NCBI GenBank assembly: GCA_027460535.1
Contig: JAPZAR010000004.1
Location: 58,927-90,926, forward strand
Source: Candidatus Methanoperedens sp.
GTDB lineage: Archaea > Halobacteriota > Methanosarcinia > Methanosarcinales > Methanoperedenaceae
Length of the DNA stretch: 32,000 nucleotides
Reading direction: 5' to 3'
Shown: positions 24,347 to 32,000 of the stretch, in pieces
Position numbering within the stretch: position 1 is the stretch's first letter
How the letters are laid out: every line of letters begins with the position of its first letter
Notes under the pieces: generated by a model
Databases searched by the model: none
The model's input: only the letters and a program-made list of their open reading frames with translations
What the model was told of the DNA's origin: nothing
Position numbers and translations under genes: made by a program

Positions 24347-24449
24347 GGGTTCGACGAAAAAAACCGCAGATAAAGGCGCCCAGAGTCACGCCTCTGGAGG
24401 GCGTGTACACGTATTGCTTCGCAATACGTGGGCGCGGAGTCGAGAACCC
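24347..24449. ncRNA. GC-rich multi-stem element of unknown identity (strand undetermined)
   Basis: Stems seen: GGGTTCGAC / GTCGA(GA)ACCC (outer), GCGCCC / GGGCGC, CACGCC / GGCGTG, and a perfect 10-bp CACGTATTGC-TTC-GCAATACGTG. The local GC content is clearly above that of neighbouring intergenic DNA. Confidence 0.35.
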
Positions 24450-24569
24450 GCAGGGTTTCGGCATGATGAACGCAGATATTTTATTGTTTTGGAAATAATG
24501 TTTATTCAAAGTGATCCGCAATATTAAACAGGAAACGGGTTTTAATAGCCGCCAGGTCAAAATAGGCGC

Positions 24570-25127
24570 ATGCGGTTTCGAAAGATAATCCATATCCTGG
24601 GCGTCCTGATCCCGGTAGCTGCCGGGACAATAGGAAAAATCCAGACACTGGCACTCGTTTTGGTCGGATTTTGCATTTATCTTGCGCTCGAAGCTTTGAA
24701 ACCAAAGATCAGCCGGGATTTTCTTTTACGGGTGTACAGGGAAAATGAGCTGAAAGGTTTATCAATAGAACCGTTTTCGTATTTTATTTCGATTTTGTCT
24801 CTTCTATCCCTATCGTTTTTCATAGATGAGAGAATATGTTTTGCTGCAATTGCGATCCTGGCGGTGGGTGATGGTTTTGCTGGTGCCATAGGAAAAAGTT
24901 ATGGCAGGCACGGTCTTCCATTTAACGAAAATAAGTCATGGGAAGGTACATTATCTGGCTTCATAGTTGCCTCAGTAGCCGGGTTCTATTTTGCAGGTCC
25001 CATAGCGATAATCGGGAGTTTTTTCGGGATGCTGGCAGATGCTGTCAGCAAACATGACAACCTTTCCGTTCCGTATGCGGCATTGGCGTCTATGCTCCTG
25101 GTCCAATATAGCGGCTTAATAAACTAA
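24570..25127 (+). CDS. CTP-dependent polyprenol (dolichol) kinase / cytidylyltransferase-family membrane protein
   Basis: VGDGFAGAIGKSYGRH...NENKSWEGTLSGF motif of the CTP-transferase-1/dolichol kinase family. Multi-TM protein. Confidence 0.65.
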   Translation: MRFRKIIHILGVLIPVAAGTIGKIQTLALVLVGFCIYLALEALKPKISRDFLLRVYRENELKGLSIEPFSYFISILSLLSLSFFIDERICFAAIAILAVGDGFAGAIGKSYGRHGLPFNENKSWEGTLSGFIVASVAGFYFAGPIAIIGSFFGMLADAVSKHDNLSVPYAALASMLLVQYSGLIN

Positions 25128-25279
25128 AGATTTTCCGAAGAGTTCGATATTTAAAATAAGCTGAGTACGAGTGCGAAGGAAAGGTATGCATTACCATTAC
25201 TTTTCATCATTCGCTGGAAAATAAGGTTCCTTCGTTACTTTAATATACCTTCATCGCATGTTAAAATTGAGGTGGGATA

Positions 25280-25681
25280 TTGAAACAGGTATTATTATTT
25301 AGTTTCATAATAATTGCGGTTGTAACATCTGGGTGTACTTCAGTGTCGCCTATCCATCAAAATATCGTTAATGGTGATATTTCAGTGGGAGCAGGAAAAT
25401 ATGTTTATTATCAATTTTCTGTTCCATCGCAGGCAAGTATATCTGGAGAATTTTCAGCTTCTGGAGGCAGTGGTAATGATATAGAAATTCTCATTCTCGA
25501 TGAAACTTCATACATCAATTGGATTAACGGTCATAGTGTATCGGCATATTATGATTCAGGACAGATGACTACAGGTAGCATTACTGCAAGCGTACCAGCA
25601 GGTAAGTATTATCTTATCTATTCCAATAAATTTAGTACATTGTCTGATAAGACTGTTAAAACTAAAGTTGATGTTAGTTAG
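25280..25681 (+). CDS. putative lipoprotein/secreted beta-rich protein
   Basis: TTG start 6 nt after GAGGTGGGA. Signal peptide with a VTSGC lipobox-like site. Confidence 0.6.
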   Translation: MKQVLLFSFIIIAVVTSGCTSVSPIHQNIVNGDISVGAGKYVYYQFSVPSQASISGEFSASGGSGNDIEILILDETSYINWINGHSVSAYYDSGQMTTGSITASVPAGKYYLIYSNKFSTLSDKTVKTKVDVS

Positions 25682-25858
25682 ACCGTTTGAGTTAGAAATT
25701 GTGGAAATTAAATGAACAGATAAAAAAACGTGAGAAAGAGATTGAAAAAAGAGGACGGTTGGTACAAACATTTCTCATTATGATTGGATATTTCGTAGCT
25801 ATAAAGATCGCTAAAAAAAGCTAAGTAATATGTATTACCATTTCCTTTAAGTGATTCA

Positions 25859-27010
25859 ATGAAACTCAATCTTCCCGGCTCTGAAGCCTTCCTGATGGTC
25901 GCTGAAAGCGCGCACAATGCGGATATGTATTATGCCACCGGGTTCCTGGCTGTTGATTCTTTCATATACCTGAATTCTGAAAGTGAAAAGCTGCTTGTCT
26001 CGGATATGGAAAAGGGGAGGGCAAAGAATGAATCAAGGGTCAAGGATGTGATTTCATCCTCTAAATACGGGATAATGGAAAAAATAAGGAAATCCAGGGA
26101 TGCGGAAGCTGCTTACTGTGAGATGATCTGTGAATTCCTGCGATCTGAGAACTTAAAACGGATCGCGGTGCCATATAATTTTCCAGTGCATCTTGCGGAT
26201 TGCATGAGAAAGGAAGGTTTTGATGTAATACCTATAAAAAGTCCTTTTCGCGATATGCGGGAGGTGAAAAAAGAGTATGAGATCAGAGCCATCGAAAAAG
26301 CCCAGAGGGCGGGGGAAAAGGCACTGGCAGAGGGCATAGGGGCCATAAAAAAAGCAAGGATAAAGAACGGGACGCTGTGGGGGGAGAATGTCCCCCTGAG
26401 AACGGAGGATGTCGGGGCAATGATAGAAATGTCTCTCCTCTCGCAGGGCTGCGAAGCGGGGGATATCATAATCGCCTGCGGGAAAGGAAGCAGCGACCCG
26501 CACTGGCAGGGGGAAGGTGAACTGCTCGCAGATGAACCCATAGTCATAGACATGGTACCGCGCACAAAAAAAGAGCGATATTATTCGGATATGACAAGGA
26601 CCGTGATGCGCGGTGCGCCGGCTGAGGAATTCAGGGACATGTATTCGGCCGTGAAACAGGCTCAGGTTGCCGCCCTGGCCAAGATAAAAGCAGGTGTGAA
26701 CGGAAGCGATATACACAATATCGTATGCGATGTGCTGGAAGAGAGAGGGTATGAGACTGGAAGGGGAAAAAGTGGTGAATTCACAGAAGGTTTTATCCAC
26801 TCGACAGGGCATGGCGTGGGACTTGATATCCATGAAGGCCCGAACCTGGGCGAGAGCGGGAAGGAATTAAAAGCAGGCGCCGTGGTCACAGTTGAACCCG
26901 GCTTATATTACAAAAAAATAGGTGGGGTGAGGCTTGAGGACGTGGTTGTTGTGACCCGGAGCGGATGCAAGAATTTAACTATGTTCGAGAAGAATCTGGT
27001 GCTGGAATGA
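25859..27010 (+). CDS. Xaa-Pro aminopeptidase/dipeptidase (peptidase M24B)
   Basis: Metal-ligand motifs DMTRT, HSTGHGVGLDIHEGP, VVTVEPG and VRLED. Confidence 0.9.
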   Translation: MKLNLPGSEAFLMVAESAHNADMYYATGFLAVDSFIYLNSESEKLLVSDMEKGRAKNESRVKDVISSSKYGIMEKIRKSRDAEAAYCEMICEFLRSENLKRIAVPYNFPVHLADCMRKEGFDVIPIKSPFRDMREVKKEYEIRAIEKAQRAGEKALAEGIGAIKKARIKNGTLWGENVPLRTEDVGAMIEMSLLSQGCEAGDIIIACGKGSSDPHWQGEGELLADEPIVIDMVPRTKKERYYSDMTRTVMRGAPAEEFRDMYSAVKQAQVAALAKIKAGVNGSDIHNIVCDVLEERGYETGRGKSGEFTEGFIHSTGHGVGLDIHEGPNLGESGKELKAGAVVTVEPGLYYKKIGGVRLEDVVVVTRSGCKNLTMFEKNLVLE

Positions 27011-27882
27011 AAGAGACAGAAGAAAATGTAGAGAAATACCGGCGAGCAGGGAAAATCCTGTCCGAGGTCCGCGCGCAGGCCATGAAAAAGGTGGAAGAGG
27101 GCGCAAGTTTGCTTTCGGTCGCAGAGTTCACTGAGAACCTGATAAGGGAGAAAGGAGGAGAACCAGCGTTCCCTGTTAATATTTCCCGAAATGATGAAGC
27201 CGCACATTCAACCCCGTCTTTTAACGATAAGGCAGTTTTTGGGAAGGATATGGTGAAGCTGGATATCGGGGTGCATATCGATGGCTACATTGCGGATACC
27301 GCAGTAACGGTCGATCTCTCCGGCAATCCGGAACTCGTGAAGGCAGCCGAGACAGCGCTCTCGGATGCGCTGAAATTCATCCACGCGGGGGTCAATACAT
27401 CTGATATAGGAGGCGTTATAGAGAATGCTATAACATCATTTGGATACAAACCAATAATCAATCTAACAGGTCATGGTCTTGCGCAGTACATCCAGCATGC
27501 ACCACCATCTATTCCCAACAAGAAGCTGCCGCATGGCGTGGAGCTTGAAGAAGGTGACATAGTTGCCATTGAGCCCTTCGCTACTGACGGCGGAGGAAAA
27601 ATTTACGATGCCGGGAATGCCGAGATATATCATCTCGTCTCGAATAGGCCTGTCCGGCTTCCGGCGGCCAGGGCATTGCTGCAGAAGATAGAGACTTATA
27701 AGACCCTGCCCTTTGCAAAAAGATGGCTCGGGGACCGGATCGATTTTGCAATGCTTGCTCTTGTCAAGGCGAATATCATTCAGCCCTATCCCATATTGAA
27801 AGAGATCGAAGGCGGGCTTATTTCCCAGGCCGAGCATACGATCATAGTTACAGCGGACGGATGCGAGGTAATCACGGGATGA
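27007..27882 (+). CDS. map: type-2 (archaeal/eukaryotic-type) methionine aminopeptidase (M24A)
   Basis: EKYRRAGKI, FPVNISRNDEAAHSTP, DIGVHIDGYIADTA, TGHGL, AIEPFAT and QAEHTIIV. The ATG at 27007 overlaps the upstream stop as ATGA. Confidence 0.92.
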   Translation: MKETEENVEKYRRAGKILSEVRAQAMKKVEEGASLLSVAEFTENLIREKGGEPAFPVNISRNDEAAHSTPSFNDKAVFGKDMVKLDIGVHIDGYIADTAVTVDLSGNPELVKAAETALSDALKFIHAGVNTSDIGGVIENAITSFGYKPIINLTGHGLAQYIQHAPPSIPNKKLPHGVELEEGDIVAIEPFATDGGGKIYDAGNAEIYHLVSNRPVRLPAARALLQKIETYKTLPFAKRWLGDRIDFAMLALVKANIIQPYPILKEIEGGLISQAEHTIIVTADGCEVITG

Positions 27883-28658
27883 AGATCTTTTTTGCGATCG
27901 CGCTTATAGTTCTGACAGCCGGGACAGCAAGCGCAGGGCATCTATGGGTAAACAATATCACCATAAATGAGCACAACATGACATGGAGTTACACGGAGAC
28001 TCTTTCGGGCATGGATTCTATGTCTTACAGGATAGGTATAGATACTGAGCTTGGAAATAATGACAGCTTTGTCAATGCCTGGGAGTTGCTTTTGGCTGAC
28101 AAAGAGATACGTAAGGATATTCGAAAGTCAATCGACAGCGAACTTGATGTCAGGATAAATAATCATACCTCTGGTATCGAGGTGTTCGATGTGGATTCGA
28201 AATTATCACCGAATATCATCGGGAAAACCCATGTTACCGATATTATTGTAAATAAATACGATGTAACCTACAGGTTCAAGGACAGCATATTCAATGCAAA
28301 CAGTATCTGGTTCCTCGGGCAGGCAAAATCCCCGATTACCATCAGCATGCCTGCCGGGGTTGATGCAGCAAACACCAGGGGGATGGATAATGTCACTAAG
28401 AATGTCACAGATCATACGGAGTTAGCGGGATTTTTTAAACAGGTATCCAGGGACAGGGGAGAGGTTTTGGTGAATATTACAAGGAATATGTCTGCTAAAG
28501 TCGTAAATGTTTCTTCTCAGGCATCTGATAACATAACAGCAACCAATGCCACAAAGCCAGTGACAGTAATGGTATCAAAGATGAGGGATACAACCTTGGT
28601 TATTGCAGGGGTGGTAATAATTTTATTGATATATATTTTTAAAGTAAAAAGACGGTAG
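27879..28658 (+). CDS. secreted, C-terminally TM-anchored protein rich in N-glycosylation sequons
   Basis: ATGA overlap with the map stop. Signal peptide MKIFFAIALIVLTAGTASA, 11 NxS/T sequons and the C-terminal LVIAGVVIILLIYIFKVKRR. Confidence 0.7.
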   Translation: MKIFFAIALIVLTAGTASAGHLWVNNITINEHNMTWSYTETLSGMDSMSYRIGIDTELGNNDSFVNAWELLLADKEIRKDIRKSIDSELDVRINNHTSGIEVFDVDSKLSPNIIGKTHVTDIIVNKYDVTYRFKDSIFNANSIWFLGQAKSPITISMPAGVDAANTRGMDNVTKNVTDHTELAGFFKQVSRDRGEVLVNITRNMSAKVVNVSSQASDNITATNATKPVTVMVSKMRDTTLVIAGVVIILLIYIFKVKRR

Positions 28659-28691
28659 TTCGTGGAAAAAGAGTTTTGGGATTAGTTATTA

Positions 28692-29726
28692 ATGACCCGG
28701 GATAAACGTACTATAAAATTCACGAAACCTGTTATTTCAAATAAAGAGGGAATGCAGCTTGCCACCCCTGAAATTGTTGCAGGATACATTGCGAAGCGGT
28801 TAAAGACCGATATAATCGCAGACCTGGGATGCGGGATCGGGGGACAGGTTATTTTTCTGGCGAGGGAATGCAGAAAGGTCTATGCCGTAGAGAGGAATCC
28901 CGATAAGCTTGAGTACGCAAGAAGGAACTGTGAACTCTACAATGTGAAGAATGTGGAATTCATACTGGGTGATGCCCTTTCAAGGAGCACGAAAGAGAAA
29001 GTGTGGGATGCAAACATCGTCTTTTCTGATCCGGCCCGCCCATTATCAGAAAAAGAGAGGACGCTTGAGAACCTTGAGCCGCCGATCACTGAAATACTGA
29101 GGCTTTACTCTGATATCACAAAAGAGCTTGCATTCCATGCCCCGCCGCAGATGCCGCCCTCACGAATAACCCTGGATTGCGAGCGGGAGTATCTTTCGTT
29201 AAACGGCCAGCTCAACAGGCTGACGCTGTATTTTGGGGCTCTTAAACGATGCGAACGAAGTGCGATTGTTCTTCCATGTGAAGCGAAACTCTGTTCTTCT
29301 GATGCCCCGACGGTTAAAACAGGTTCCCTGCGAGAATATGTTTATGAACCTGAACCTTCTGTTGTGAAGGCTGAGCTCCAAAATGAACTGGCTCAAACTC
29401 TGGCATCTGAGGGATATGAAATATTTTACTATGACGGGAATGAAAAGCGCACTCTTTTGACATCATCGCGGCTGATCGACTCACCTTTTTTTAAGGATAG
29501 ATACATGGTTTTAGGGAAGACGGGAAGGGATATACCTGAGATTAAGAAGATCCTGAAAAAAGAACAAGCCGGAAAAGTCGTCCTGCGCTTTGATATCGAT
29601 CCGATAGAATACTGGGAGGTCAGGAAGGAGCTGGAGGATGGGTTGACCGGAAGCAGGAATTTGCACGTGTTCGGGTTCCGCGATGAGGTTCTGGTAGTGG
29701 AGAAGATCAGGTCCCATCCCGTATGA
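28692..29726 (+). CDS. class I SAM-dependent methyltransferase
   Basis: Motif I IADLGCGIGGQVIFLA and an acidic residue after beta-2 (YAVERN). The substrate is not inferable. Confidence 0.7.
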   Translation: MTRDKRTIKFTKPVISNKEGMQLATPEIVAGYIAKRLKTDIIADLGCGIGGQVIFLARECRKVYAVERNPDKLEYARRNCELYNVKNVEFILGDALSRSTKEKVWDANIVFSDPARPLSEKERTLENLEPPITEILRLYSDITKELAFHAPPQMPPSRITLDCEREYLSLNGQLNRLTLYFGALKRCERSAIVLPCEAKLCSSDAPTVKTGSLREYVYEPEPSVVKAELQNELAQTLASEGYEIFYYDGNEKRTLLTSSRLIDSPFFKDRYMVLGKTGRDIPEIKKILKKEQAGKVVLRFDIDPIEYWEVRKELEDGLTGSRNLHVFGFRDEVLVVEKIRSHPV

Positions 29727-29778
29727 GGCATTTTTCATCAATAAAGTCTTTATATCATTAACCTAAAATAATGATTGG

Positions 29779-29839
29779 GCCTTTGCAGCAAAAAAGATAC
29801 CACCATCCACCCAAACAACTATTTTCTTTCTGCAAAGGC
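29779..29839. other. perfect 10-bp inverted repeat GCCTTTGCAG / CTGCAAAGGC with 41-nt spacer, then T-run
   Basis: Seen directly. It is followed by TTCTTTTTTGG, so it may be a terminator for the methyltransferase gene. Confidence 0.4.
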
Positions 29840-29951
29840 TTCTTTTTTGGGTTCAGATTCCCCGAACATTGCCAAACGTCAAATGCCATTTGAATGATAC
29901 TACCAAACTATTTATCTAACTTAATCCAATTAAAAATGGGTGCCGGATTTT

Positions 29952-30728
29952 ATGGTAGATATAATATCAACAATGATTGCAGTAGTAGTGATAGTAATTA
30001 TTCTTGCACAATCGATTAAAGTTGTTCGGGAATATGAGCGAGTTGTGATTTTCAGGATGGGGAGACTGTTCGGGGCGAAAGGGCCTGGTATATTCCTCAT
30101 TATACCTATAGTAGATAGCCCCGTGAAGGTAGACCTGCGGATAATTACGATAGACGTGCCAAAGCAGACCATAATCACCAGGGATAACGTCAGCGTGGAC
30201 GTGGACGCGGTGATTTATTATCGGGTCGTGGACCCCACATTTGCAGTTACAAAAGTTGAGAATTACAGGATAGCCACAAGCATGCTTGGTCAGACAACGC
30301 TGAGGGACATCCTCGGGCAGATCGAACTGGACGACCTGCTGGCGAAGCGCGAAGAATTGAATAAGAAACTCCAGGCAGTCCTTGATGTGGCAACGGAACC
30401 CTGGGGTATCAAGATCACGGCTGTCACGATACGCGACGTTGCCCTGCCGGAGTCGATGATGCGGGCAATTGCGAAACAGGCAGAGGCCGAAAGAGAGCGG
30501 CGCTCCAGGATCATCCTTGCGGAGGGAGAATTCCAGGCAAGCCAGAAGATGATGGAAGCGGCCGAATTATACCAGAAAGTTCCCATTGCCATGAAATTGC
30601 GAGAACTGCAGACACTTGCCGAGATCGCACGTGAGAAGAACATGATAGTGGTCACAACAGGCGGGCCGGGAGCTGATGCAGGCACCATTGCAGGACTGAC
30701 AAGAGCTTTCACGAAGGCTGAAAAGTAA
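29952..30728 (+). CDS. stomatin/prohibitin-family (SPFH, band 7) membrane protein
   Basis: REYERVVIFRMGRL, TRDNVSVDVDAVIYYRV and AEGEFQAS. The ATG at 29952 lies after GGGTG; the ORF-track GTG is at 29940. Confidence 0.9.
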   Translation: MVDIISTMIAVVVIVIILAQSIKVVREYERVVIFRMGRLFGAKGPGIFLIIPIVDSPVKVDLRIITIDVPKQTIITRDNVSVDVDAVIYYRVVDPTFAVTKVENYRIATSMLGQTTLRDILGQIELDDLLAKREELNKKLQAVLDVATEPWGIKITAVTIRDVALPESMMRAIAKQAEAERERRSRIILAEGEFQASQKMMEAAELYQKVPIAMKLRELQTLAEIAREKNMIVVTTGGPGADAGTIAGLTRAFTKAEK

Positions 30729-31999
30729 TGGGATCATTACCTGCCTTTGTCTTTTTGTTTGCCGTCCTTCTCATTCCGGCAGCAAATGCACAGGTAATGG
30801 TAGTAGAACTGAAGGATACCATTACTTCGGCAAGCGAAGGTATTGTAATCGAGGCGCTTGAAAGTGCAAGGCTTGCGAATGCGCAGGCACTGATAATCAC
30901 CCTTAACACCCCCGGCGGGGGACTCGATGAGACAAAAAGGATCCTTGAAGACATCGACGCATCACCAATACCGGTAATCGGCTACGTGTATCCGAAAGGG
31001 GCTACTGCATGGTCGGCCGGCACCCTCATTCTCCTTGGCACGGATATAGCGGCAATGGCCCCCAACACGATAATCGGGTCTGCCCAGCCTGTAGAGGTGA
31101 CGTCAGAAGGTCTTAAACCGATCACTGAGGACAAGATCGTAAATGCGGTTGTGGCGCTTGCGGAAGAGAAAGCCAGGCAGCACGGAAGGAATGTGACTGC
31201 GGCAGGATATTTTGTTACTAAGAACCTGAACCTGGATGCAGAGCAGGCAAAGAACATGAGCGTGATAGAGGTTGTCTCGCCGGGGATCGATGACCTGCTG
31301 ACAAAGGTTGACGGGATGAGGGTGAAAGGCCGGGTGCTCAAGACCTCGGGAGCCGCTTTCAGCTATTACTCGCCATCGCTTCGGCTTGTGCTCCTGGATT
31401 TGTTCTCAAATCCTATCCTTGCTTCTCTCCTCCTTCTGGTAGGCATCTACTCACTTGTGTTCGGTCTTACCAGTCCGGGCTTCGGCGCCGAGATTTTCGG
31501 TGTGATCTCCATAAGCCTTGGGCTTATCGGTCTTGGCTTTTCGGTGAATATCGCGGCATTTTTCCTGATCGGGCTTGGAATGGCGCTTTTGCTGTTCGAA
31601 TTGCACATTTCGACCTTCGGTCTCATAGGCGTGGCCGGGATTGTATGCGTTGCCCTGGGAAGCGTATTGCTTGTACCCGTTGGATATCCGGGAATGTACT
31701 CTATTGAGTTCCAGACCACGATGCTGATAAGCCTTCTTACACCAGCCGTCGTGTTAGGGGGATTCCTTGCTTTCGCTATCTATAAGATGATGCAGGTGAG
31801 AATGAAAAAACCTGTGATAGGGGAGGGTGTTGTCGGTGATATTGCCGAGACCATAGATGAAATGACGCCCGGGGCTACCGGATACGTACGGTACCAAGGA
31901 GAGTACTGGATGGCAAAGTCAGAGGAGAGTATCGAGGCCAAGACAAAGGTGATTATTACCGGGAAGGATGGGCCTGTGCTGATAGTGAGGGCGAAGTAG
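30728..31999 (+). CDS. NfeD-family membrane-bound ClpP-class serine protease (stomatin-specific protease type)
   Basis: N-terminal ClpP-like domain (ITLNTPGGG, SAGTLI), a multi-TM middle region and a C-terminal OB-like domain. TAATG overlap with the stomatin gene. Confidence 0.88.
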   Translation: MGSLPAFVFLFAVLLIPAANAQVMVVELKDTITSASEGIVIEALESARLANAQALIITLNTPGGGLDETKRILEDIDASPIPVIGYVYPKGATAWSAGTLILLGTDIAAMAPNTIIGSAQPVEVTSEGLKPITEDKIVNAVVALAEEKARQHGRNVTAAGYFVTKNLNLDAEQAKNMSVIEVVSPGIDDLLTKVDGMRVKGRVLKTSGAAFSYYSPSLRLVLLDLFSNPILASLLLLVGIYSLVFGLTSPGFGAEIFGVISISLGLIGLGFSVNIAAFFLIGLGMALLLFELHISTFGLIGVAGIVCVALGSVLLVPVGYPGMYSIEFQTTMLISLLTPAVVLGGFLAFAIYKMMQVRMKKPVIGEGVVGDIAETIDEMTPGATGYVRYQGEYWMAKSEESIEAKTKVIITGKDGPVLIVRAK

Positions 32000-32000
32000 G

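Noticed and set aside
24343-24468. Possible box C/D sRNA or k-turn: CTGA at 24343-46 and ATGATGA at 24462-68
   Set aside because: The order is D-like then C-like, with about 115 nt between them. No second C'/D' pair is present, no CTGA follows the ATGATGA, and the flanking bases do not form the required terminal stem.
24335-24470. tRNA or tRNA-like gene (GGTTCGA-like sequence, CCA-containing segment on the minus strand)
   Set aside because: I could not build a cloverleaf on either strand. The candidate T-loops violate the conserved T54-T55-C56-purine57-A58 pattern and no matching acceptor stem exists.
25699-25824. 41-aa TTG-initiated ORF (MWKLNEQIKKREKEIEKRGRLVQTFLIMIGYFVAIKIAKKS) with a plausible single TM segment
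   Set aside because: Its only start is a TTG immediately after an in-frame stop, and it has no Shine-Dalgarno sequence. The evidence is insufficient to call a gene.
1-32000. CRISPR arrays, rRNA genes, tRNA genes, and toxin-antitoxin or classical defence operons
   Set aside because: I scanned all intergenic stretches by eye. I found no regularly spaced direct repeats, no rRNA-like conserved blocks, no cloverleaf candidates and no recognisable defence-gene motifs.

Overview
Archaeal chromosome segment, probably from a Methanosarcinales/Methanomicrobia-type methanogen or methanotroph. This is inferred from an MC1 chromatin protein gene, Sec61-beta/SecG, a type-2 MetAP, a stomatin-NfeD pair, GGAGG/GGTGAT-type ribosome-binding sites and TATA-like boxes. 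Bases 1-8350 form an accessory secretome island. It holds a CARDB-type surface protein, two paralogous small two-cysteine secreted proteins, a subtilisin (S8) and a bacterial-type thermolysin (M4) pre-pro-protease. It also holds two unrelated secreted proteins that share a nearly identical ~215-nt promoter/5' leader plus signal peptide. Inside the island, a diverged ~350-bp direct duplication that left two gene fragments flanks the 4.6-kb M4-protease block. Bases 8554-12244 (minus strand) are a six-gene cysD/cysN-like operon with unusual passengers (a 4-TM TSUP protein and a small alkaline-phosphatase-superfamily protein). It is bracketed by two ribbon-helix-helix proteins whose C-terminal tails copy the CysD tail. 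The centre is mostly housekeeping: a GT2 dolichyl-phosphate-mannosyltransferase-like gene that needs a -1 shift on an A_AAA_AAG heptamer, a PRTase, acyP, pcm, secG, purD and a large CARDB protein. Bases 19.6-23.7 kb are bracketed by ~100-nt inverted repeats. This segment holds a Zn-ribbon gene missed by the ORF track, MC1, an RNase III-like::TPR fusion and an IS110-family element with a structured upstream leader (bridge-RNA candidate). A second RNase III-like gene and a GC-rich structured element follow. The right end is housekeeping (M24 peptidase pair, methyltransferase, stomatin/NfeD). I recognised no rRNA, tRNA or CRISPR array. All family calls come from motif recognition by eye; no database search or folding program was available.
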